Source of the DNA: a virus
Taxonomy: Duplodnaviria; Caudoviricetes
Virus record (IMG/VR): IMGVR_UViG_3300033075_000716
Location: 3,935-67,934 of that record
Direction: 5' to 3' (one strand)
Length of the DNA: 64,000 bases
Below are positions 35,254-44,451 of the stretch, piece after piece. A model generated the notes under the pieces. It made no database searches. It had not been told where the DNA came from and saw nothing but the letters and a program-made list of their open reading frames with translations. A program made the translations under genes and the position numbers. Position 1 is the first letter of the stretch; each line of letters begins with the position of its first letter.

Positions 35254-36386
35254 TGGCAGGTGCATTGACTCTCACCGGCGGCCAAGGTCTCTGGTATCAA
35301 GCAACGCTTGGCGCGAACGTCGAATCAATCGCCGCCGATCTTGCCGCGCCTGGAGCGGATCGGATTGCGTTCTGGGACCATTCGGCGCTCAAGGTGAAGT
35401 GGCTCACGGTCGGGGCAAATCTGACGATCACGGACACGACGATTGATGCGAGCGGCAGCGGCGGCTCCGTCGCCTGGGGCGACATCACCGGCACGCTCGC
35501 GGATCAAACCGACCTGCAATCGGCGCTCGACGGTAAGCAGGACGAAGACGCAACCCTGACTGCGTTCGCCGCGTTGACCATCGCCGCCAACTCCCTGACC
35601 ATCGGCACGGGGGCCGACGCATTCTCGCAAACGACGTTTGCCGCAAACACGTTTCCGGCGAGGGCGTCCACTGGGAATCTCGTCGCGAAGACGATTACCG
35701 ATTTCGCGTTGACGATCCTGGATGACGCAGACGCGGCCACGGTGCGCGCGACGATTGGGGCTGGAATCGGGGACGTTACCTTAACTGGTACGGAAACTCT
35801 CACAAATAAAACTCTAACTGCACCGTATATTACCGACTTCACGAACGCGAATCACGCGCATACGAGCACAGCAACCGGCGGCGTACTTCAGGCATCAGCA
35901 ATCGGAGGCGGCACGCTCGCCGTGGCTCGCGGCGGCACCGGCGTTGGCGCGATCCAATCCTTCTCCGCCTACCGGAACACGGACTACAACCTTGCCGCAT
36001 CCGCGTGGACAAAAATCCCAATGGACACGGAGCGATTCGACGTTGGCGGTTGCTACGATTCGGCAACCAATTACCGCTGGACGCCGACCGTTGCCGGGAT
36101 CGCCGGGCTGTTTGCGATGTACTACACGGATAACGCGGTCTCGAATACCCTCTATGCGATTGCTATCTACAAAAATGGTTCGATTTACGCGCTCGGCAAC
36201 ATCGAGCAAATCACGGCGACTATCACGAACAAAGGATTCCTCGCAAGCGGCGTGGCGACCATGAACGGATCGACGGACTACTTTTCAGTCTACGCTTACA
36301 ACGGCCACGCAAGCAACACATTGAAAGTTGTCGGCGGCGTGAACAACAACCACTTCGATGGCTTTTGGGCTGGGCCTTCCAGCTAA
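35253..36386 (+). CDS. tail fibre / receptor-binding protein with C1q-like C-terminal domain
   Basis: WGDITGTLADQTDLQSALDGK and LAVARGGTG fibre motifs; FSAY...TKIPMDTERFDVGGCYD...RWTPTVAG matches a C1q-like head. Confidence 0.75.
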   Translation: MAGALTLTGGQGLWYQATLGANVESIAADLAAPGADRIAFWDHSALKVKWLTVGANLTITDTTIDASGSGGSVAWGDITGTLADQTDLQSALDGKQDEDATLTAFAALTIAANSLTIGTGADAFSQTTFAANTFPARASTGNLVAKTITDFALTILDDADAATVRATIGAGIGDVTLTGTETLTNKTLTAPYITDFTNANHAHTSTATGGVLQASAIGGGTLAVARGGTGVGAIQSFSAYRNTDYNLAASAWTKIPMDTERFDVGGCYDSATNYRWTPTVAGIAGLFAMYYTDNAVSNTLYAIAIYKNGSIYALGNIEQITATITNKGFLASGVATMNGSTDYFSVYAYNGHASNTLKVVGGVNNNHFDGFWAGPSS

Positions 36387-36403
36387 ATAACCTGAGGAAA
36401 ACA

Positions 36404-36736
36404 ATGACCCCAACCGAAGAAATCAACATCCACTTGTCAGCGGCCCGCGCGGCTATCGGCGATATGTCGCCCAATGCGGAATCCGCGTTCCAAATGCTCG
36501 AAATGCACGCGCGATCTATCGCGACTCAGTTGGTCACGCGCAACGAGTACGCGGAGCAGATGAACCGGCACGCGAACGAAAAGCACGCCGAAGCCGAAGC
36601 GGCCCGCGATGAAGCGAAGACCGCGAAGAAGCGAGTCAAGGAGTTGGAAGACGAGCCAAAGCGAAAGAATGCGCGGCGGCTTTGGATCGAGGAGCAGCAA
36701 GCGGCGCTCGCGGCGGAGTTGGCTGGGATGCAGTAG
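36404..36736 (+). CDS. coiled-coil protein
   Basis: RBS GAGGA; A/E/K-rich helix. Confidence 0.55.
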   Translation: MTPTEEINIHLSAARAAIGDMSPNAESAFQMLEMHARSIATQLVTRNEYAEQMNRHANEKHAEAEAARDEAKTAKKRVKELEDEPKRKNARRLWIEEQQAALAAELAGMQ

Positions 36737-36819
36737 TTTGCCCACATCGCCCCATATACGTTACTCTGGCACCCTGCACCCTGACAGTCTGGCACCCACG
36801 ACACAAGGAGATTGTCACG

Positions 36820-37113
36820 ATGGCCGATTTGACCGCAAGCCCTATCGACTCATGGATGACCCTGCTATTGCAGGGCGGGGCGCTCGCGATTCTCGCATAC
36901 CATTTTCTCGTCGGCCTGCCGAAGCTGATTCGCGACATGGCCGAAGCGAATGAGCGGACGAGCGACAAGCAACAGGCCGCGCAGGATCGGCGGGCGGACA
37001 GGCAGAGCGAATTACTGAAAGAGAACTCCGCGGCGGTCAAGGAACAAACAATAGTGTTGGGGAAAAAGCTCGATGAAATCAAAATCGAGACATGCAAATA
37101 TCGGGGCGTATGA
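36820..37113 (+). CDS. holin-like membrane protein (BhlA-like topology)
   Basis: RBS AAGGAG; one TM segment LLLQGGALAILAYHFLVGLP followed by a coiled coil. Confidence 0.5.
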   Translation: MADLTASPIDSWMTLLLQGGALAILAYHFLVGLPKLIRDMAEANERTSDKQQAAQDRRADRQSELLKENSAAVKEQTIVLGKKLDEIKIETCKYRGV

Positions 37114-37310
37114 TGCCCCTCAAGATCAAATCCGAGATCGAATACATTCGCCTGACGCCGGCAGACGGCTTAAAACACAGGGAGATTTATCGGGAAGCTA
37201 TCGCGGTGTCAATTCGTTATCGACGTGACGTGCGGTATGCTTTCGGTGGGATCGAATATGTCGTGCGGGCGGCGGCGGTGAGTGCGAGACTGGAGAAGGG
37301 GAAGGCATGA
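37110..37310 (+). CDS. hypothetical protein
   Basis: Coupled small ORF. Confidence 0.4.
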   Translation: MMPLKIKSEIEYIRLTPADGLKHREIYREAIAVSIRYRRDVRYAFGGIEYVVRAAAVSARLEKGKA

Positions 37311-37579
37311 CGGCAGAGTTTTTTCTTGCGGGAACGATGGTGCTCGTGTTGGCATGTTCCACGTGTGTGCTGATGTTGTGCAAGATTAAAGAAAGGACGG
37401 ACAAGGAACAGGGCGACAAGGAAGGCTATGCACGAGGCTACGCGCTTGGGTTGGAGGAAGGCAAATCTATTCTCGAAAATGCCAAGCTGGCGGCATACAA
37501 ATCCGGCGTGACGCATGGGCAGCTTGAAGTGCGCAACCTCGTATACGAAACTCTTTGGCCTGACGATTCCGAAGATTGA
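37307..37579 (+). CDS. small membrane protein
   Basis: N-terminal TM segment; GYARGYALGLEEG repeat. Confidence 0.55.
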   Translation: MTAEFFLAGTMVLVLACSTCVLMLCKIKERTDKEQGDKEGYARGYALGLEEGKSILENAKLAAYKSGVTHGQLEVRNLVYETLWPDDSED

Positions 37580-37588
37580 GGGCTATGC

Positions 37589-38953
37589 GTGTGGAAAATC
37601 CTTGCATTCTTGATGATCGCGCAAGCGCAGGCGGAGACGCCGCACGCGAAGGCGTTGGCTCTCGCGCACGCGGACTTGGCGAGACTCCCGCCGGAAGTGC
37701 GATACCACACGCGGTATTTGAGCCTGTACGCGACGGCGGAGAAGGACAGGCCGGAAGCAATCAAGGTGCTGGCCGGGCACGTTCAACACCTCTCGCGTCA
37801 AGCCGATATTACGCGGCCTGGTGCGCTGGCGGGTGGGAGTTTGCTGAAGCTGAATTTGCTCGATTACGGTTGGACTCCTGAGCAATGGGAGCGGCTCAAT
37901 GATCCGTATTTCACCGTGGCATCGGGGAAGGAAAATCACCCCGCGCCGTGGCTTGGCGACCGGCACCGGCTCGCGGAAGTCGTCGCGTGGACGGGGTCCT
38001 GGGTGCCCGTCGTCTCGGCGGAGTGGTTTTTCAACGCGACGGCCACGGCGGAGGGAGGGCGGCTTTACTACGAATTCCTGGGGGTCAAAACCGTCGCGGA
38101 ATTCGAGAAGATCGGCGGATTCGACCGAAAGACTTCTGAGTCCTTCCGAGTTGAATTGCGCGAATCTGTTGCACTTTCTGGCGTTACTTTACAACCCCGC
38201 GCGATAGCGCGATGGGACGCGCTGGGCGGCGGTTACTGGCGCACGTTTGATTTCCGCCGGGCGACGGGCAAGGCAAACCCGCTACAAATTCTCGGGGCGA
38301 ATATCGACGCGGTTGCGGACGCATCCGAAGGGTATCTCGCCATGCCCAACGGATTCTGGGCCACCTACGCGGCGGACGCGAAAGGAAACCTTGTCGGAGC
38401 CGTGCCGGGCGACATTGCGGGCGACCACGGAAGCAAGTCGAATGACAAACAGATCCATCCGAACATTTCATGTCTGAGGTGCCATGGCGACGGCGGGCTA
38501 AAAGCTATCGACGGCTGGACGCGGAACCTACTGACCCCGCCGCTCGAATTGAAGGTCTATGACGCGAAGGAATATCGGCGCCTCAAGCAGCAATATTTGC
38601 GGAAGCTGGAGCCGTTCCTGGAACGCGACAAAGCCCAATATCGCATCGCCGTCAAAGAAGCGACCGGGTTCGATTCCAAAACCTACGCGCTTAAGTATTC
38701 GACGTATTGGGAGTCCTACGAAGATGCCAAAGTCGACCTCGCTTTCGCGGCGAGGTACGTCGGATGCGAGCCTGAAGCGCTCCGCGGCAATTTGCTATCG
38801 GCAGTCAAAGCCGGTTACTATGTCTCACCAGTGGCGAGCATGTTCGTCCACACCGGCGACAAGGCACGCGCGATCGGTATTCGACAATTCGAGGAAGTGT
38901 TTCCGGAGTTGATGCGGTGGGCGCATCCGCCAATTCTTGAGGGCAAAAAATGA
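37589..38953 (+). CDS. exported protein with a single CxxCH heme-binding motif
   Basis: Signal-like MWKILAFLMIAQAQA; SCLRCH at 38471-38485. Confidence 0.7.
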   Translation: MWKILAFLMIAQAQAETPHAKALALAHADLARLPPEVRYHTRYLSLYATAEKDRPEAIKVLAGHVQHLSRQADITRPGALAGGSLLKLNLLDYGWTPEQWERLNDPYFTVASGKENHPAPWLGDRHRLAEVVAWTGSWVPVVSAEWFFNATATAEGGRLYYEFLGVKTVAEFEKIGGFDRKTSESFRVELRESVALSGVTLQPRAIARWDALGGGYWRTFDFRRATGKANPLQILGANIDAVADASEGYLAMPNGFWATYAADAKGNLVGAVPGDIAGDHGSKSNDKQIHPNISCLRCHGDGGLKAIDGWTRNLLTPPLELKVYDAKEYRRLKQQYLRKLEPFLERDKAQYRIAVKEATGFDSKTYALKYSTYWESYEDAKVDLAFAARYVGCEPEALRGNLLSAVKAGYYVSPVASMFVHTGDKARAIGIRQFEEVFPELMRWAHPPILEGKK

Positions 38954-39474
38954 TCCGTTGCATCGGTTCGATTCTAAGCGTCCTGGCACTCACGGCTGTT
39001 TGTGCCGCGTCGAATTGCCACGTCCAACGTGTCGTGGTCCAGCAGCACTACGTCGCGCCCGTAGTCGCGGTGCAGCAGTATTACCCGGCTTACTCTATCG
39101 GCTACACGCCGGCTGGCGAACTCGCGGAAGCGGTCAAACTTCTCATCGAGGACAATCGCCAGATGCGCAGCGAATTGATTCAGGCGTACAAAGCGAACAT
39201 CGGCGGCGGGCCGATTCCCCTCAAGGCTGAAGCGTTGAAACATCCCGCCGCGCAAGCCTCTTGCGTCACCTGTCACGATGCCAGCGTGTCCAAAGCGAAG
39301 GGCGACGGGTTCACGTTTTACAAAGATGGCATCCTTCTTGACACGCCGGAGAATGTCGGCCGCATGGTCGAGGCCGTCACCGAAAAGGGGACCATGCCCC
39401 GCGGCGTGAAGTGGGGTGCGCAAGAGAAACTTGACTTCTTGCGTTCGGTGGTGGTGCGAACGGGGGCAAAATGA
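38950..39474 (+). CDS. exported c-type cytochrome-like protein
   Basis: Signal peptide; CVTCH at 39262-39276; distal MP motif (KGTMPRG) as a possible Met ligand. Confidence 0.75.
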   Translation: MIRCIGSILSVLALTAVCAASNCHVQRVVVQQHYVAPVVAVQQYYPAYSIGYTPAGELAEAVKLLIEDNRQMRSELIQAYKANIGGGPIPLKAEALKHPAAQASCVTCHDASVSKAKGDGFTFYKDGILLDTPENVGRMVEAVTEKGTMPRGVKWGAQEKLDFLRSVVVRTGAK

Positions 39475-39659
39475 ACGAAGCGAAACCAAACCATTTTACT
39501 GACGTCGGCAAAATGGTTATGCTCCCATGGCTGATGCCGACGCTGATCCCTGACCCCACGAAGTACGAATCGACCCGCCGCGTGAAGCGGATCGAGTACC
39601 ACGAAAATGGCGCGGTTATGAGCGTCGAATACTTTCCCATGGATGGCTCCTCTAACTAA
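39471..39659 (+). CDS. hypothetical protein
   Basis: 62-aa coupled ORF. Confidence 0.45.
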   Translation: MNEAKPNHFTDVGKMVMLPWLMPTLIPDPTKYESTRRVKRIEYHENGAVMSVEYFPMDGSSN

Positions 39660-39719
39660 GGGGGTGATCCAAGTCTATGTGTCGCAAACGATAGTCCCGT
39701 AATCCAAGGAGAAAACACC

Positions 39720-40097
39720 ATGCGAAAAACCACTCTATTCGCGGCCATGTTCGTCGCGCTCTCGCTCGCGCCGTTCGCGTCGGCGACGTTCCCTTTGCAG
39801 ATCCGCGCCGTTGTGGTCCAGCCGCAATACGTCCAGCCGCTCCAGATTCAGGCCGTGACCGGCGGCTACGGTTGTGGCGTCGCGCAGAACTTCGCCGTTC
39901 AACAGTTCGGTTACGCCCAGCCTATCCAGCAATTCCAGGCCGTTCAACAGTTCGGTTACGCGCAGAATTTCGGCGTCCAACGTATCGGCGTGCAAAGGAT
40001 CGGCGTCGGCTTTGGCGGTGGATCGGTGCAGCAAAGCATCGTCCAGCGCCGTGGCCTGTTCGGCACGACTACGCGAATCCGCACGATTCAGCGGTAA
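39720..40097 (+). CDS. exported low-complexity Q/V/G-rich protein
   Basis: RBS AAGGAG; signal peptide; repeats AVQQFGYAQ. Confidence 0.6.
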   Translation: MRKTTLFAAMFVALSLAPFASATFPLQIRAVVVQPQYVQPLQIQAVTGGYGCGVAQNFAVQQFGYAQPIQQFQAVQQFGYAQNFGVQRIGVQRIGVGFGGGSVQQSIVQRRGLFGTTTRIRTIQR

Positions 40098-40150
40098 CGA
40101 TAACTATCCGGGATTTCCGGATAGTTCCTTTTTCATTCAACGGAGACCCC

Positions 40151-40414
40151 ATGGACCTGTTCGCACTCATCGCCAAGGGCAAGACGCTCTTGGAAGCCGT
40201 CAAGTCTGGCAACTATCGCATCGCCGCTGACATCGCCGGCGACTTCCTGAAACTCGTTTCGCAGTTCCTGCCGCCCGCCGGTGTGAATCCGACGCCGACG
40301 CCGGTTCCGGGCGACCTGATGCCGTTGACGATGCCGACTGCCGGCAGCTTGCTCGAACTTCTCGACAAGGCGATTTCTTTGGCCCAAATGCTCAAGGCGT
40401 TTTTCGGTCGGTAA
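40151..40414 (+). CDS. small amphipathic protein
   Basis: RBS GGAG; 87 aa. Confidence 0.5.
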   Translation: MDLFALIAKGKTLLEAVKSGNYRIAADIAGDFLKLVSQFLPPAGVNPTPTPVPGDLMPLTMPTAGSLLELLDKAISLAQMLKAFFGR

Positions 40415-40420
40415 ACTCAA

Positions 40421-40447
40421 ACCCGCTCGCCCAGCGGGTCTTCTTTT
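40421..40447 (+). terminator. rho-independent terminator
   Basis: Stem ACCCGCT / AGCGGGT followed by CTTCTTTT. Confidence 0.6.
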
Positions 40448-40457
40448 CAAGGTTCCT

Positions 40458-41306
40458 ATGCTCCACCCCCTCGAAGCGATTCAGGAAGCGCACGGCGTTG
40501 ACGCCCCTCAAGCTGAGGACGCGATCTCGTACCTCGCTCACTACGGCTATCTCGCCGCAGGCATTGCGTCGGCGGCGATTTCACCGTTCCTCGCCGTGTT
40601 CAACGTCGCCGCCGCGCTGATGGAGTTTCAGCGTATCGCGGGCATCCCGGCGACCGGGCAACTTGATGAAGCAACGACCGCGAAGATGGCCGAACCACGC
40701 TGCGGGGTGCTTGACGTGATGCGTCTTGCCGAGTTCGCGCGATGGCGCAAGAATCGGCTGACGTATCGCGTCGATGCGTACGTTTCGCAGCTATCGCAGT
40801 CCGATCAGAACGACCTGATTCGGCTCGCGTGGAAGCAGTGGGAAGACTTCGCCGACATCAAATTGACGCCGACGACATCGACGCCGGATATCGTAATATC
40901 GACCGGCAAAGGCCGGTCGCAAGGGTTTGACGGACCAAGCGGAACTTTGGCCTGGGCGTATTTGCCCAACGGGTCGGACGGGCAGCTCCTCATGCGGTTC
41001 GACATCGACGAGACGTGGACGAAGGACGGCGCGGGCATTCACATGTTGAATGTATTCGCCCATGAAGCGGGCCACCTCTTAGGCTTGGATCACTCTCGGG
41101 TAAGTTCCTCTTTGATGGCCCCGTATTACTCGCCGGGGATAAGCGCCCCGCAAGAGAATGACGACATCCCAAGAATTCGCGCCCTTTATGGCCCATCTAA
41201 AGAAAATCCACTTCCACCCCTACCGCCAACCGACGACGGAAACCGAGTCGCCGTCGTTCTCTCCGGGAAAATTTACAGGGGGAGCCTAAAAGAATCACCG
41301 ACGTAA
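40458..41306 (+). CDS. M10 (matrixin-like) zinc metallopeptidase with PG-binding-like prodomain; candidate lysin
   Basis: YLAHYGYL...FQRIAGIPATGQLD, cysteine switch PRCGVLD, HEAGHLLGLDH and Met-turn SLMAPYY. Confidence 0.85.
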   Translation: MLHPLEAIQEAHGVDAPQAEDAISYLAHYGYLAAGIASAAISPFLAVFNVAAALMEFQRIAGIPATGQLDEATTAKMAEPRCGVLDVMRLAEFARWRKNRLTYRVDAYVSQLSQSDQNDLIRLAWKQWEDFADIKLTPTTSTPDIVISTGKGRSQGFDGPSGTLAWAYLPNGSDGQLLMRFDIDETWTKDGAGIHMLNVFAHEAGHLLGLDHSRVSSSLMAPYYSPGISAPQENDDIPRIRALYGPSKENPLPPLPPTDDGNRVAVVLSGKIYRGSLKESPT

Positions 41307-41375
41307 AATGAAAGTGCCCCCGCGATGTTGGCACATCCGGGAGCGTGGTCAAACCCTTTTGAGGAGGATTCGACA

Positions 41376-42032
41376 ATGGGAAGTGTATGCAGCATCAATT
41401 CACAAGTAAAGCAGGGGAATCGTTACGGTCGGTGGACAGTAATAAGTCGAGACGGAGAGAACTTGAAAGCGATTTCTGTTTGCGAATGCGGAACAGTAAG
41501 AGACGTTTCGGTTTATTCGTTAGTAAGGGGCGTTTCTGTTAGTTGCGGGTGCCACAAAAACGAGGTGTCAGGGAATAGGTTTAGGTCGCATGGAGGATCA
41601 CGAACGCCTATTTATGGCGGATGGCGGGGGATGAATGAAAGATGCGAAAACACGAAACACGCGAGCTACATGGAATATGGGGGCAGAGGAGTAACTGTTT
41701 GCGAAGAGTGGGTGCATGATTTTGAAGAATTTAGAGATTGGTCGCAAGCGAATGGTTATGCGGACGGACTCGAATTAGACAGGGTCGATAACGACGCTGG
41801 CTATTCCCCAAGCAATTGCCGTTTTGTGTCGCACAAAGAAAATTGTAATAATCGGCGAAATAGCCAATGGGTTACAGCGTTTGGGGACACGAAGACTATC
41901 GCCCAGTGGTCTGAAGATTCCCGATGTGTAGTGGCACAAAGAACATTGGGTAGGAGAATCAAAAAATTCGGATGGCGTCCAGAACTTGCGATAACAACTC
42001 CGGCAACAAAAGGTATGCGCCGTCCTTCCTAG
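41376..42032 (+). CDS. free-standing HNH-type homing endonuclease
   Basis: RBS GAGGAGG; GRWTVI...CECG...SCGC, YGGRGVTVCEEW and LDRVDNDAGYSPSNCRFV. Confidence 0.85.
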   Translation: MGSVCSINSQVKQGNRYGRWTVISRDGENLKAISVCECGTVRDVSVYSLVRGVSVSCGCHKNEVSGNRFRSHGGSRTPIYGGWRGMNERCENTKHASYMEYGGRGVTVCEEWVHDFEEFRDWSQANGYADGLELDRVDNDAGYSPSNCRFVSHKENCNNRRNSQWVTAFGDTKTIAQWSEDSRCVVAQRTLGRRIKKFGWRPELAITTPATKGMRRPS

Positions 42033-42041
42033 GTATGACCC

Positions 42042-42191
42042 ATGCTCATCGAAGTCGCCGCCATCGCGTTCATTTTCGGCCTATGGGTCGGCGTTGTTCT
42101 CACGCTGATTCTCACGCCATCGCCGCCGCCGAAGCAAGAGCCAGAACATGATTGGTACGCCGAGGAACGGAGACGAATTCCATGGCAATAA
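42042..42191 (+). CDS. small membrane protein
   Basis: MLIEVAAIAFIFGLWVGVVLTLIL TM segment, 49 aa, read directly from the sequence. Confidence 0.45.
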   Translation: MLIEVAAIAFIFGLWVGVVLTLILTPSPPPKQEPEHDWYAEERRRIPWQ

Positions 42192-42472
42192 AACCGGAAT
42201 GGGAAGCATCTCTTGACGCTCTTGGGGAACTTGCCGAGGATTGGGACAGCTACGGCGCTGACGTGATTTCCCTAACAGCAATCGCAAAAGCCCGGTCAAT
42301 TCTCGGAAATTTCACCGGCGACACTTCATTTTCGATATGCCCTGAATCCGGGGGCGGCGTGCTTATCGAGTGGAAAATCGGCAGCGTTGATTGCCACGTC
42401 GGAATTAGCCCCAACGGCGAAGTCGAAGTCTACGTCGGCGACAATTCTGAGTCTGTTCTTTTTCGCATTTAG
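42182..42472 (+). CDS. hypothetical phage protein
   Basis: LAEDWDSYGADVI motif common in phage accessory genes. Confidence 0.55.
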   Translation: MAIKPEWEASLDALGELAEDWDSYGADVISLTAIAKARSILGNFTGDTSFSICPESGGGVLIEWKIGSVDCHVGISPNGEVEVYVGDNSESVLFRI

Positions 42473-42482
42473 CGAGCTAACC

Positions 42483-42704
42483 ATGGGAATAATCGACGCC
42501 TTCACCGCCCTGGACGCCGCGAAAAAGCAACTCGCCCAAACGCTCGATGCGACGTTTCCGCCTGGAACGCCGGTTGTAATCCCGCAAGGGCCGGGCACGG
42601 TCGACGATCAGCGCCCGCCCGGATTTCCGGAATTTATCTACGTTCGCTCCGCGGAGCGCCGGGCTTTTTTTGTTGCGCATGTCACCACGATTCGGTCCGC
42701 ATGA
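42483..42704 (+). CDS. hypothetical protein
   Basis: Small ORF in a dense gene run. Confidence 0.4.
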   Translation: MGIIDAFTALDAAKKQLAQTLDATFPPGTPVVIPQGPGTVDDQRPPGFPEFIYVRSAERRAFFVAHVTTIRSA

Positions 42705-42717
42705 AAAGGAATATCCA

Positions 42718-42891
42718 ATGAACAACATGAGCACAAGAACAATCGCCAACCGCGAATGGATGGAATGGCGAGCGAAGAACACACCTAGCATCATCCTCCA
42801 AGTGATGCAAGCCGGGGTTGCGATCATGTGCGCGGCGTTTCCGTCTCTGGCAGATTTCTTTATGCGACTCAAGCCGAACCACAAAAAGTAA
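42718..42891 (+). CDS. small protein with C-terminal hydrophobic segment
   Basis: RBS AAGGA; 57 aa. Confidence 0.35.
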   Translation: MNNMSTRTIANREWMEWRAKNTPSIILQVMQAGVAIMCAAFPSLADFFMRLKPNHKK

Positions 42892-42896
42892 AACGC

Positions 42897-43154
42897 ATGA
42901 TCCAATGGCTCCTATCCCTGTTTCCCCCGCGTGACGTTCGCCGTCTGGCTTTGTCGATCCCGCGTTCGCCGCAATGGCGAGCCGTGCGCGATCGGTTCGT
43001 AAAAGCCAATCCTCAGTGCCGGGTATGCGAGACGCGAAAAAATCTGGAAGTGCATCATATTGAGCCGTACCACCTGGGTTCGTGGCAATCCTGGAACCCT
43101 AACGTAGTTTGCGATGCGGCGGCATGGGCGGGTAAAATTCGGGACCGACCGTAA
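42897..43154 (+). pseudogene. HNH endonuclease with apparent internal deletion
   Basis: RSPQW...CRVC...LEVHHIEPYHL joins directly to GSWQSWNP; the usual NLxTLC..CH segment is absent. Confidence 0.55.
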
Positions 43155-43186
43155 ATTTCACCAAGTTCACGGGAGGTATCCATGCC

Positions 43187-44206
43187 ATGCGTTATTTATT
43201 GCTCGCCCTGGCTATGGGGATCGTGGGGAGTGCCGTACAGGCATCACCACCAACTGCCTGCGTAAATTGCCGTTGCCACGAACGCGGGTTCCCTGGATGC
43301 GATTGTGAGCAAGGTGATTATTGCCGTTGCATCCTTATTTCCGCAGATGCCTCGATAGACGCCGAGGCCGTGCTAAATGACGGCTCACGCATCCGGTTAG
43401 TGACGCCTGGCGACTCCATCGAAATCCAAACTCCCTACGGCAAGCTCGCAATTCCATTCGGCGAAATCCGGAGAATCGATTTCGGGTTTCACTACCCGCC
43501 CGGCGCGAAAGAAAAAATCGACGCTGCGATAAAATCTCTCGGCGCGTCCGCGTTCAAGGAACGAGACGCGGCCGAACGCGAGTTGATGCACATTGGACCG
43601 CTGACATATCGTGCCGCGTCATCCGCTCTCAAGAGCGACAATCCCGAAGTCGTCGCGCGTGTCCGCAAGATCGTCTCACGCATCGAGGCGGCGCATTCGC
43701 GAGACTCGCTCGCCCGTGACAAGGACAGGATTTCCGCCAGGGACTTCACGGTTATCGGCACGATTCTGGCCCCGTCGCTTGCCGTAAAATCCAGCGTGCT
43801 TGGCGACGTTGTTTTGCCGGTCGCATCGATTCGTTCAATGACTTTTTTGGGCATCAATTCCGAAGCGAACTTGAAAATAGAAGCTGATGGGAAATGGGTC
43901 GATTCCGGTATCGATATGGATGAATTCAGGAAACTGACCGCTTCCGCGTCCGGCCAAGTTGATATTTGGCCGCAAGGGGCGGGGCAATATGTGACCGGGC
44001 CGAATGGATTCACCACGAACGCGGCGGGAGGCTTGGCTTTCCCCGCCGGATCGCTTCTCGGCAAAATCGAAGGGGATATTTTCCTGATCGGCGATTCGTG
44101 GACCGGAACAAAGGCCGGGCGGTTGTTTTTGAGTGTCGCACCCTCACCGTGGAACACGCCGTCAACCGGGTCGTATGCCGTGCGTCTGAATTTGCAAATC
44201 AAGTAG
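43187..44206 (+). CDS. exported protein with HEAT-like repeat and beta domains
   Basis: Signal peptide, Cys-rich N-terminal insert, QTPYGKLAIP...IRRIDFG and LGASAFKERDAAEREL. Confidence 0.7.
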   Translation: MRYLLLALAMGIVGSAVQASPPTACVNCRCHERGFPGCDCEQGDYCRCILISADASIDAEAVLNDGSRIRLVTPGDSIEIQTPYGKLAIPFGEIRRIDFGFHYPPGAKEKIDAAIKSLGASAFKERDAAERELMHIGPLTYRAASSALKSDNPEVVARVRKIVSRIEAAHSRDSLARDKDRISARDFTVIGTILAPSLAVKSSVLGDVVLPVASIRSMTFLGINSEANLKIEADGKWVDSGIDMDEFRKLTASASGQVDIWPQGAGQYVTGPNGFTTNAAGGLAFPAGSLLGKIEGDIFLIGDSWTGTKAGRLFLSVAPSPWNTPSTGSYAVRLNLQIK

Positions 44207-44451
44207 GTGACTCACGCCGACGCCGGGGCGGTGGGAGCGTAGACCCGATACCGGCGCGGCGTGATGTTCGTTGCAATTTGATTTTCCCGACGTCAATTCC
44301 GTATCATCCCTCAAATAGAAAAGCCCCGGAAGCTGCTTCCAACGACTTCCGGGGCATCGACCAGCAGACTATCGACCAACGCGAATTCCTTCCGCAACAA
44401 GGCACCCCATAGCGTAGGGCTACCAAAATCCTACACTCCAGGGGCCGCGAC

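Noticed and set aside
41305-41350. A-tract plus GC hairpin elements upstream of genes (41305-41350, 44317-44355, 49123-49156) as a novel ncRNA family
   Set aside because: Read on the minus strand they are hairpin plus T-tract, which ordinary intrinsic terminators explain.
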